DNA from: Pyrodictium abyssi
GTDB taxonomy: Archaea; Thermoproteota; Thermoprotei_A; Sulfolobales; Pyrodictiaceae
Direction: 5' to 3'
Length of the DNA stretch: 32,000 nucleotides
Assembly: GCF_036323395.1 (NCBI RefSeq)
Contig: NZ_AP028907.1
Span: forward strand, 1,470,001-1,502,000
How positions within the stretch are numbered: the first letter of the stretch is position 1; the number at the start of each line of letters is the position of its first letter. Below the pieces are notes generated by a model. It was not told the DNA's origin. It worked only from the letters and a program-made list of their open reading frames with translations, and made no database searches. Made by a program: the position numbers and the translations under genes. This document shows, piece after piece, positions 1 to 8,132 of the stretch.

Positions 1-102
1 ATAAAGGATCTGTCATATATGCATAAGATAGACATCGTTGTCGACGAGCCCCCAGAAGGTGCAGAAGAGCTCACAGATGGCGTCTATGTGGCCAAGGCCT
101 AG
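1..102 (+). CDS. 3' end of a truncated CDS (C-terminus ...IKDLSYMHKIDIVVDEPPEGAEELTDGVYVAKA*), function unknown
   Basis: Frame +1 is open from the window edge to TAG at 100-102; acidic, coding-like composition. Not in the ORF track because its start lies outside the window. Confidence 0.5.
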   Translation: MKDLSYMHKIDIVVDEPPEGAEELTDGVYVAKA

Positions 103-241
103 GAACGGTTTTTCACAGCCCGCCCCGAGCAAACACGCATCTCCACATCCCGACAGACGCTAAATACCATGAATGGACGCAGGCATAGCACATGGAGCCC
201 CGGAGCCGCTATGACTACTTGGATAGCAACCGCCCTTACCG

Positions 242-292
242 GGGATGACTGGAGCCGAGCAGCTGACAGGTGATGTATCGGATTTCGTCTGA
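242..292 (+). ncRNA. Candidate archaeal C/D box sRNA (2'-O-methylation guide)
   Basis: Box C-like GGGATGA (242-248), 14-nt guide CTGGAGCCGAGCAG, D' CTGA (263-266), 3-nt spacer CAG, C'-like GTGATGT (270-276), 12-nt guide ATCGGATTTCGT, D CTGA (289-292). Order and spacing match archaeal C/D sRNAs. Confidence 0.72.
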
Positions 293-538
293 CCCACAGC
301 ATACCAGGCCAGACATGTTTAACAGAGCCCAACCCGGCCACACTTACTCCACTGGACCCGCGACGCCCGGGGAGAGGCCGCCCGACCGGCCCGGCGGACT
401 GTGACCCCGGGTCTCCCGGCCTTCAACCCACCATTCTGTGCCCACCCTGATCCGCTTGTAGAGGCTGTTTCCTCGGCTAGAGGCTAGGTTATAGCACCCC
501 CTTCCCTGATGCACGCTTACTTCATGGTGGCCGATTAG

Positions 539-1147
539 ATGGCGACAGACCGTAACAGGCTTAGAAACCTTGACAGAATGTTAACAGCACTAAAGTCTAC
601 ACCGCGTACCGGGTGGATGCTACGCGGCGTACATGCTGCACTTGCTGAGAGCATTGCCGAGCATATGGCCGAGTCCGCCGTACTAGCCCTTCTAATAGCC
701 GAGTTCCTGAGAAAGAAGGGAGTTAACGTCAACGTATTCAGGGCCGCTGCGATATCAGCGGTACATGACCTCTCAGAAGCAGTGATTGGCGACATAGTGA
801 AGATGACAGCAGACGCTATAGGGAAGGAGCGTAAAGAGCATCTCGAGCTCACTGTAGCCCGAGACATGGTTGGAGAAGATAGCATAGTATACGACCTAAT
901 ATACGAGTACATCGAGCAAAAGACCATAGAATCACAGGTAGCTAAGCTGGCTGAAACCCTTTCAACACTGCTCCAAAGCCTACGCTACATTAGTCAAGGC
1001 TACAGGGATGTAGCCGAGATCGCTTGTTCATCCGCACACAGCATAGATAGAATGCTACAAGATTCAAAAGACATAGCCGAGCTGAAGGAAATTCTAGACG
1101 AGTTTGTCAGAGCTGGCAAAGAGGCCTGCAAAGCTCTAACCTCATAA
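539..1147 (+). CDS. HD-domain phosphohydrolase (YfbR/HD_3-like 5'-nucleotidase family)
   Basis: 202 aa ORF with conserved H...EH and 'AVHDLSEAVIGDI' HD motif arrangement. Confidence 0.75.
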   Translation: MATDRNRLRNLDRMLTALKSTPRTGWMLRGVHAALAESIAEHMAESAVLALLIAEFLRKKGVNVNVFRAAAISAVHDLSEAVIGDIVKMTADAIGKERKEHLELTVARDMVGEDSIVYDLIYEYIEQKTIESQVAKLAETLSTLLQSLRYISQGYRDVAEIACSSAHSIDRMLQDSKDIAELKEILDEFVRAGKEACKALTS

Positions 1148-1834
1148 GGTGTAGTCACACCTATTTAATATATCGAAATACTACTCTGCAGCTTATTTTA
1201 CAAGCAAGATAGCAGGCCATAGACTTAATAGATCTAGAAGTCTTTTAACAAGTAGTATCCTGTAGCATGCTCGGCTCTGACTCCTCCAAATTATAGACAA
1301 GAAGAATACTTGTTACATATACTGCTCATGAATGTCATGGAGTTGGAGATGGGTATCAGGCGATATCCATGCAGGCTATTGGACTGCGCCGTTCTCTCCT
1401 GAAGGGATGATATGGTAATGTTGAGACTGTATTATGATGTTTCTGGGTAAGGTAGAACGTTGTAGCTACTGGGCTTCCGGCGGCGTATTGGTTAACCTAT
1501 AAGTTAGTTGATATGCTTGCTGTACGTAGTCGCGACAGGCGATATTAGTGAGAAGCCGAGAGCGTAGCCGTATGTCGCGCCTGGCTGCAAGGGTAGGTGC
1601 GCTGGGCTGCTCAGCAGCCGGCTTCATACTAACTATAGCTAATTATATAGTGTAAAAGCTGCTCATTATGTGACTATACTTATATATTAGATAGTAGTAT
1701 GGATAATCATGTTGCTGATGTATGAAGATAGAGGGCGTAATAGAGAAAGCATATTCTGTATAATGATGAGAAGATGGTGATATGTTATATAGTCATTTAA
1801 CTATTGTTCTATAAAGCTATGTTGATATAGGACG

Positions 1835-2521
1835 TTAAAGTGTTGTGTTATATGTTTCTAATTTGGTAATAGTATTAAGTGTTAATTTGACGCCTTTGTG
1901 GGACCATTCTATCGCGTGTACGGGCGAGAGGGAGTGTACGTGTGCGCCAAGCTGTCTAGCTAGGAGAGATAGCGAGTAGAGTAGCAGCGGTACTACGCCC
2001 CAGACACGTTTCCCCTGAAGACTGGCTATGAGCTTCCTATATCGTGAGGCGAGGAATTTTGCTAGCTTTTGTCTCGCTTCGTTGCCGTTTAGGGCAAAGA
2101 ATACCTTATACTTCATGGCTAGTAGTCTAGCGCCGCGTGTAAGGCCGGATGGTGATATATAGATGTATGCTATGTCAGCCGTATCGAAGTATTTGCCCCT
2201 AAGCTTTGAGATGAAATGCTGTAGTCTCTTTATCCTGTTAGAGAACTGTAGAGGTGAAGTGGGCCTTGATTCCTGTGTTGAAGCGTATATTGCTACTACT
2301 AGTGGGTTTGAGCCAGGCATTTCTACAACTATAACGTGTAGCCTCATGTCCCCTGAACTGTGAACTGAGACAGGTCTGGTTATCCGTGAGACGCCGGCTG
2401 CCTCGACTACTCTTGCTATACTGCGTGCGCCCCCTATGAGGGGGAGTAGTATCTTGTTTGCTTCTGATAGGGCCCTTGCTTTACGCTCGCTGTTACTAGG
2501 TAGCGGCAATGTAATCCCCAT
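1835..2521 (-). CDS. Hypothetical protein, 228 aa
   Basis: Long uninterrupted ORF with balanced protein-like composition (VIVVEMPGSNPLVVAIYAS...); no family recognised. Confidence 0.6.
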   Translation of the reverse strand: MGITLPLPSNSERKARALSEANKILLPLIGGARSIARVVEAAGVSRITRPVSVHSSGDMRLHVIVVEMPGSNPLVVAIYASTQESRPTSPLQFSNRIKRLQHFISKLRGKYFDTADIAYIYISPSGLTRGARLLAMKYKVFFALNGNEARQKLAKFLASRYRKLIASLQGKRVWGVVPLLLYSLSLLARQLGAHVHSLSPVHAIEWSHKGVKLTLNTITKLETYNTTL

Positions 2522-2910
2522 CGCTGTGAAAGGTGTCGGATGTCTGGGCTCAGCTTTCCATGTAGGATGGCTGCTTGCCCTGTATTGAAGAATTGATCAA
2601 CTGTTGCACTGGACAGGAAGAGTCTACGTTGGCTGCGCAGCTGCCTGGCTCAGGGTAGTACGTAAGAGTGGCGTTGTTCTTCCTGTGTAGTAGAGCCTGT
2701 CCAGAGATGTATGGTCTGTGGCATGTGTAGCATTGGAGCGTGGGCTCTGCCTGTCAGGGTTAATTGCATAGGGTGCTCCTGCCCTAGAGAGGTATCGTGG
2801 GCTGTGACGAGTGGACCACGGAACGAGCCCCTAGCGGGGGCTATGAGTGTAATCCCCGCATCGCTGAGCCATGGCTGGCAGCTGTGTGGCCGTTAGAGGG
2901 TGGTTGTGGC

Positions 2911-2937
2911 TAGTGTAGCTCCGGCCGCGCTACACTA
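2911..2937. repeat. Perfect 9-bp inverted repeat TAGTGTAGC-N9-GCTACACTA
   Basis: Read directly from sequence; sits just upstream of the TATA-like 'ctatatta' preceding map. Confidence 0.8.
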
Positions 2938-2943
2938 TATTAG
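2936..2943 (+). promoter_or_regulatory. TATA-like box A for map
   Basis: 'tatattag' about 40 nt upstream of the GTG start at 2978. Confidence 0.45.
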
Positions 2944-2977
2944 GATGGTAATAGGTACGGGTTAGGGGAGGCTCATC

Positions 2978-3886
2978 GTGGATGAAGATGTTGTTAAGAA
3001 GTATATCGAAGCTGGGCGTATTGCACGAATAGTACGAGATGAAGCAGTTAAGCTGATAGAGGCTGGTAGGAGGCTTATCGATGTCTGTGAGTACGTGGAG
3101 AACAGGACAAGGGAGCTAGGCGCTGCACCAGCCTTCCCATGCAACATATCAGTCAACGAAATTGCTGCACATTACTCGCCCCTGGTCGGGGACGAGTCCA
3201 CTATACCCGAGAATGCTGTTGTTAAGCTCGACATAGGCGTTCATGTTGACGGCTATATAGCCGATACGGCCGTAACAGTGTCGCTTGACGACAAGTGGAC
3301 TCCGCTCCTCGAAGCTGTAGAGGAGGCGCTATCCAGAGCCATAGAGCTGGTCAAACCAGGTGTAAAGTTTGCAGAAGTTGGTAAAGCTATAGAGAATGCG
3401 ATAACAAGTAGGGGGTTTAAGCCGATAACCAACCTTGGAGGGCATAGTCTAGCCCGGTACACTATACATGCTGGCGAGAGTATTCCAAACGCTTATGATG
3501 TTCTGGCTCGTGGGAGATTTTCAGTAGGAAAAGCCTACGCTATAGAGCCGTTCGGGACAAACGGGGCAGGGCTTGTATATGAAGGAGAGCTAATAACAAT
3601 ATATGCGCTCGTACGTACTAGTCTGAGACGGAGACTTGACCCGCGGACTAGGCGTGTACTGGAAGCGATAAAGGAGAGATTCAAGACGCTCCCCTTCAGC
3701 GAGAGATGGCTAGTAGATGTAGAACAGGATGTGGATGTGCTCAGGAAGAGTCTAAGGAAGCTGGCACGCATGGGCTACCTAGTGCAATACCCGGTACTCA
3801 TAGAGAAGGGTAGAGGCATTGTTGCACAGTTCGAGCATACCGTAGTAATCACAAGTAGCGGTGAGGTCATAGTTACGACGAGGTGA
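2978..3886 (+). CDS. map: Methionine aminopeptidase, type II (archaeal)
   Basis: 302 aa; 'VVKLDIGVHVDGYIADTAVTV', 'NLGGHSLARYTIHAGESIPN', 'AIEPFGTNGAG' match M24 aminopeptidase metal-binding motifs. GTG start. Confidence 0.96.
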   Translation: MDEDVVKKYIEAGRIARIVRDEAVKLIEAGRRLIDVCEYVENRTRELGAAPAFPCNISVNEIAAHYSPLVGDESTIPENAVVKLDIGVHVDGYIADTAVTVSLDDKWTPLLEAVEEALSRAIELVKPGVKFAEVGKAIENAITSRGFKPITNLGGHSLARYTIHAGESIPNAYDVLARGRFSVGKAYAIEPFGTNGAGLVYEGELITIYALVRTSLRRRLDPRTRRVLEAIKERFKTLPFSERWLVDVEQDVDVLRKSLRKLARMGYLVQYPVLIEKGRGIVAQFEHTVVITSSGEVIVTTR

Positions 3887-3978
3887 GGTCCCTAGAGCTA
3901 CAGACGCTAGTAGGAACGGAGGCGCTCCAAATATAGAGCAGTGTAATAAAAGCGGCCATCCATGAGGGTCTGGGTGCG

Positions 3979-5127
3979 ATGCCGGTAAACACTACAATGC
4001 CTTTCGCCGGCTCTTCGTCTGACATAGCCACCTGGATAATAGCGATAAGCATACTTGTGTCCACGGTTCTATCGATTATGGCGTTCCTCGGCATAGCTCA
4101 GGGGCTGCAGGTAAGGATATGGAGGAACCAGATAGAGGCCAAGCTAAGACTTCTCGAAAGCTATAGGGATACAGCTCGCGACGAGGCACGTAAGAAGCTC
4201 GAAAAGCTTGGGGCAAGGGATCCCGATGGGGTAGTGAATACTGTGATGGAATACTTTGTGATAGAACCAGTCTCGATAGAGCCTACGGACATCATAAAGC
4301 GTCTCGAAAAGATACTACGCACGGAGGAGGAGCGCATAGAAGACATAGTAGCTCGTAGCCTGCCCCAGGGTGTCAACGACGTAGAGAAGAAGAACATTGT
4401 GACACTATTAGCCATAACTAATGCCTTGAACACTCTCTACAAGTTTGTGAGACACGTACTGCTCCTAGGTATTAAAACCAAGAATGCTATGCTGGTTGCA
4501 CAGCTCTGGATGATGATGCCGTTCTACATGAGAATAGCTAAAGCCTACTTTGACGCAGTAAAGACTATAAGCAAGGGTATACCTATAGGCGATGCCGCCG
4601 GGCCATTAGCAGCTTACCGGCTCATGAAGTCCCTTACCATGGAGGCTGGGCCCCGCGAGGTTACAAAAGACACAATATATACCGTACACCGTTTCGAGGA
4701 ACGTAAAGTCATAATCGTTAAGGCACGTGGACCAGGCAGCACTGTTGGACGACCCGGTGAAGCAGTGGAAAAGATAGTCAACGACGAGCTACAGGGCAAC
4801 GTGGCAGCCATAATAACTGTAGACGCGGCGCTAAAGCTCGAGGGCGAGGATACAGGGTCGATAGCTGAGGGTACCGGTGTAGCTATGGGCGATCCTGGCC
4901 CAGAGAAGATACGTATCGAGCGTGTAGCAGTAGCCCACGGAGCCCCACTCTATGCTATAGCTATTAAAATGAGTCTCGAAGAAGCCATAACAGCCATTAA
5001 GAAGGAGATTGTCGACGGTGTTGAGAAAGCAGTTGAACGCGTTAAAAAACTGATAATCGAGTCGACACGGCCTGGAGACACTGTAATAGTGGTAGGTGTT
5101 GGTAATACCCTTGGTGTCTCTCAGTAA
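3979..5127 (+). CDS. DUF1512-like archaeal membrane-anchored protein
   Basis: 382 aa; N-terminal transmembrane segment, then long conserved-looking domain with 'VIVKARGPGSTVGRPGEAVEKI' and 'VAVAHGAPLYAIAIKMS'. Confidence 0.7.
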   Translation: MPVNTTMPFAGSSSDIATWIIAISILVSTVLSIMAFLGIAQGLQVRIWRNQIEAKLRLLESYRDTARDEARKKLEKLGARDPDGVVNTVMEYFVIEPVSIEPTDIIKRLEKILRTEEERIEDIVARSLPQGVNDVEKKNIVTLLAITNALNTLYKFVRHVLLLGIKTKNAMLVAQLWMMMPFYMRIAKAYFDAVKTISKGIPIGDAAGPLAAYRLMKSLTMEAGPREVTKDTIYTVHRFEERKVIIVKARGPGSTVGRPGEAVEKIVNDELQGNVAAIITVDAALKLEGEDTGSIAEGTGVAMGDPGPEKIRIERVAVAHGAPLYAIAIKMSLEEAITAIKKEIVDGVEKAVERVKKLIIESTRPGDTVIVVGVGNTLGVSQ

Positions 5128-5149
5128 GGCCAGAGGGAGTGGTCTAGCC

Positions 5150-5473
5150 ATGCTGGCCACAGACCAGCCCATGCTGATAGGATACATGGTGGTGCTCCTC
5201 TCTACTACAGTGATACTCGCCTATATGCTAGCAGCCACTGTTAGAAAGCGGCGAGAAGCGGGGCAGCGGGTGGTAAGCGTACTCAGATGCACATCATGTA
5301 ATATATCGGTTAAGCGTGGGTTCCGTGAAGGCGACTATGTTGGTAAAATAGTTGACGATAAATGTCCTCAATGCGGTGGAAGCATGGTAGTGGAATCGAT
5401 CTATGAGGAGAAAGTCGAGTCCGCATCAACCTTGCTTCTATATGGATTCAAGAACAAAAAGGACAAAGGATAA
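5150..5473 (+). CDS. Small membrane protein with C-terminal zinc ribbon
   Basis: TM segment 'MLIGYMVVLLSTTVILAYMLAATV' then CTSC...CPQC zinc ribbon. Track start 5096 overlaps the upstream CDS; ATG at 5150 is preferred. Confidence 0.65.
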   Translation: MLATDQPMLIGYMVVLLSTTVILAYMLAATVRKRREAGQRVVSVLRCTSCNISVKRGFREGDYVGKIVDDKCPQCGGSMVVESIYEEKVESASTLLLYGFKNKKDKG

Positions 5474-5478
5474 AAACC
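5470..5478 (+). promoter_or_regulatory. TATA-like element for 5S rRNA
   Basis: 'ataaaaacc' roughly 27-30 nt upstream of the inferred 5S 5' end; overlaps the stop codon of the preceding CDS. Confidence 0.5.
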
Positions 5479-5503
5479 CCGCCGGAGGCTTGCTTACCTA
5501 CAT

Positions 5504-5631
5504 GGCCCGACCCGGCCATAGCGGCCGGGCAACACCCGGACTCATGTCGAACCCGGAAGTTAAGCCGGCCGCGTTGGGGGATGCTGTGGGGTCCGCGAGG
5601 CCTCGCAGCGCCCCCAAGCCGGGATCGGGCC
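5504..5631 (+). rRNA. 5S ribosomal RNA
   Basis: Archaeal 5S core 'CCCGGCCATAGCGGCCGGGCAACACCCGGACTCATGTCGAACCCGGAAGTTAAGCCGGCC'; terminal helix GGCCCGA (5504-5510) pairs with TCGGGCC (5625-5631). Confidence 0.95.
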
Positions 5632-5871
5632 GCTACAGCCGGTTGATCCACAACCTCTCCTCCTCACCTTTTCTCGCATACGCGCAGCTCACGCTGCATT
5701 TGGTTGTCGTGCCTGGTTTCTGGCTGTAGGTTGGTGTACGGTAGCCCGTTATGCTGAAGTTATGTTGGATGTGTTTACATTCAAAGAGCTTTATACTTGG
5801 GAGTGTTGGGCTATACGTAGATGGAGAGAAGAGGCGTACGACCCTATAGGCTAAGGTAAGGGTGACATGGT

Positions 5872-6561
5872 ATGGGTTATGTTCGCTGGCTAGGCCATTC
5901 GGCCTTTGAGATGCAGATTGACGGTTACCGGGTCCTTGTAGATCCTTGGCTTAGTAACCCACAGTCCCCTGTGAGCGTCAAAGACTATGAGGGTAAAGTC
6001 GATCTAGTGGTAGTGACGCATGACCACCTAGACCACCTTGGCGATGCTATAGAGATACTAAGGCTAAACCCTAGCGCAAAGTTTGCTGCCATATATGAAC
6101 TAGCAAACTACGTTGCAGAGCAGCTAGGCGATAATTCTGGGAGGATAATTGGAGCCAATATAGGCGGACCCCTCAAGCTCCCAGGCATAAGCCTCAAGGT
6201 CATGTTCTTCCCTGCAACCCATAGCAGCGATCGTGGAGCACCTACGAGCGTGGTTATAGCTGGTAGAGAGGCTACCGTGTTCCATGCTGGCGACACCGGG
6301 CTCTTCGCCGAAATGCAGTTCATAGGCGAGCTGTACAACCCCGACATAGCTCTGCTCCCTATAGGCGGGCACTTCACCATGGACGTAGTCCAGGCTGCAA
6401 AGGCGGTCGAGCTTCTAAAACCGCGCGTAGCTATTCCGATGCACTACAATACCTTCCCCGTTATAGAAGCCGATCCCCAGGAGTTTGCCAGGCTGGTCGC
6501 AGAGAAGGGGCTAGACACTAAGGTAGTAGTGCTGAAGCCGGGCGAGTCCTACGAGTTCTAG
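5872..6561 (+). CDS. Metal-dependent hydrolase, UPF0173 (metallo-beta-lactamase fold)
   Basis: 229 aa; 'VVVTHDHLDHLGDA' HxHxDH motif, 'FHAGDTGLFAEMQ', 'LLPIGGHFTMD', 'IPMHYNTFPVI'. Confidence 0.93.
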   Translation: MGYVRWLGHSAFEMQIDGYRVLVDPWLSNPQSPVSVKDYEGKVDLVVVTHDHLDHLGDAIEILRLNPSAKFAAIYELANYVAEQLGDNSGRIIGANIGGPLKLPGISLKVMFFPATHSSDRGAPTSVVIAGREATVFHAGDTGLFAEMQFIGELYNPDIALLPIGGHFTMDVVQAAKAVELLKPRVAIPMHYNTFPVIEADPQEFARLVAEKGLDTKVVVLKPGESYEF

Positions 6562-6638
6562 TGAAGACGGTCTCCCGTTGCTCGTTATCCTAGTTTTTAA
6601 TCCCTTCTGGCTCCCACTCGGGTGTCCTGGGTCCCGGC

Positions 6639-8132
6639 TTGAGCCAGAAGCTTGCTGTCTCAGAGTCGGAGTATCAGCTCCTGAAACGTCTTGTAGGCCG
6701 GGTTAAGCCCGGAGAGCGCTACACAACAGAGGAGCTTGCCAGCCTCCTAGGGCTGCCTAGGAGCCAGATAGAGTCCCTAGTGAGGCTCCTTGCTGATAAG
6801 GGGCTCCTCCATATAGAGGAGAGGATAGTGGAAAAGTACGTTGTTACCGAGGAGGCCGAGCGGTATCTCAGGGAGGGGTTCCCGGAGGAGAAGCTCGTAA
6901 AGCTGCTACACGAGCACGGTGGCCAGTTGCCCGTGGAGGAGGCTAGGCGGATTCTCGGTAGAGAGTTCGGCATAGCTATGGCTAATGCTTCGCGGAAGGG
7001 CTGGGTGAGCGTAGAGGCTGGCCAAGTAAAGCTGGTAGCCGAGCCGCTAGTGGAGGCTGAGGAGAGGAAGCTACTGGATAGGCTACGTAGCGGCGAGAAG
7101 CTCCCGCCTGACGAGCTGAAGCTCCTACGCCGCCGGCGCCTCGTCATGCCCGAGAAGGAGAGGATAACAATAGTCAGCCTAGAGGAGAGCCCAGAGAAGC
7201 TTCTCGAAAAAGTAGTGGTGGAGATAGGCGCCCTAACACGGCAGCTTATCGAGTCCGGCAAGTGGCGTAGCGTTAGGCTCCGCAGCTACAATGTGGCCGC
7301 GGAGCCTCCGAGGCTGTACCCTGGAAGGCTGCACTTCTTCCGCCAGTTCGTGGAGTATCTGCGCGACGTTATGAAGGAGCTAGGCTTCGTCGAGGTAGAG
7401 GAGCCTCCCGTCGAGCTCGAGTTCTGGAACTATGACGTGCTCTTCCAGCCCCAGTACCACCCGGCCCGTACGCCCACGGACACATTCTACCTCCGGCAGC
7501 CGCGGGAGGGCTCACTGCCAGACAGCCTGGCAGATAGCGTAAGGAAGGCGCATGAGGAAGGTGTGGCAAGGAGCCGTGGCTGGGGATACAGGTGGGACCC
7601 GTCCCGTGCAGCACGCCTAATACTGCGTAGCCATACTACAGCTGTATCTGCGCGCGTACTCGCCCAGAAGCCGAGGCCGCCTTTCCGGTTCTTCAGCCTT
7701 GGTAGAGTATACCGCGTAGAAACCATAGACCCTAGGCACCTGCCCGAGTTCCACCAGATAGATGGTATAGCGAGCGAGGACGGCGTAAGCCTACGGTGGC
7801 TTATGGGCATTCTCTCGGAGTTCCTTGAGAGGCTTGGGTTCCGCGAGTATAAGTTCCGGCCAGCGTACTTCCCCTTTACCGAGCCCTCTATCGAGGGCTA
7901 CGTCCGGGTTAAGGGCCAGTGGCTCGAGATACTCGGCGCCGGTATGTTCAGGCCAGAGATGCTCGCAGCTCTTGGGGTAGACTACCCCGTCGCGGCGTGG
8001 GGCATGGGTATAGAGAGGCTGGCTATGGCTCTCTACGGCCTAACGGACATAAGGCAGCTCTACAGCACAGATGTGCGCTTCCTCTCAACAATTCCCTCAA
8101 GGTGGTGGCTATATGCCGGTACTCAGATTTAA
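6639..8132 (+). CDS. pheS: Phenylalanyl-tRNA synthetase alpha subunit
   Basis: 497 aa; class II motifs 'HPARTPTDTFYL', 'LRSHTTAVSAR', 'FFSLGRVYRVETIDPRHLPEFHQIDG', 'WGMGIERLAM'. TTG start. Confidence 0.97.
   Translation: MSQKLAVSESEYQLLKRLVGRVKPGERYTTEELASLLGLPRSQIESLVRLLADKGLLHIEERIVEKYVVTEEAERYLREGFPEEKLVKLLHEHGGQLPVEEARRILGREFGIAMANASRKGWVSVEAGQVKLVAEPLVEAEERKLLDRLRSGEKLPPDELKLLRRRRLVMPEKERITIVSLEESPEKLLEKVVVEIGALTRQLIESGKWRSVRLRSYNVAAEPPRLYPGRLHFFRQFVEYLRDVMKELGFVEVEEPPVELEFWNYDVLFQPQYHPARTPTDTFYLRQPREGSLPDSLADSVRKAHEEGVARSRGWGYRWDPSRAARLILRSHTTAVSARVLAQKPRPPFRFFSLGRVYRVETIDPRHLPEFHQIDGIASEDGVSLRWLMGILSEFLERLGFREYKFRPAYFPFTEPSIEGYVRVKGQWLEILGAGMFRPEMLAALGVDYPVAAWGMGIERLAMALYGLTDIRQLYSTDVRFLSTIPSRWWLYAGTQI

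Noticed and set aside
348-357. CTCCACTGGA / reverse TCCAGTGGAG, resembling the core of a crenarchaeal origin recognition box
   Set aside because: Single short occurrence without the flanking G-rich element or a repeat partner.
1385-1420. CTGA-AG-GGATGAT pattern suggesting a D'-C' pair of another C/D sRNA
   Set aside because: No upstream box C and no CTGA box D at the expected 12-nt distance.
2711-2896. 61-aa cysteine-rich ORF before map
   Set aside because: Short, no ribosome-binding or promoter cue, random-looking composition.
5403-5729. 108-aa ORF in the track
   Set aside because: Overlaps the 5S rRNA gene; translation of structured RNA sequence.
6719-7261. 180-aa antisense ORF
   Set aside because: Ser/Arg/Pro-biased antisense shadow of pheS.
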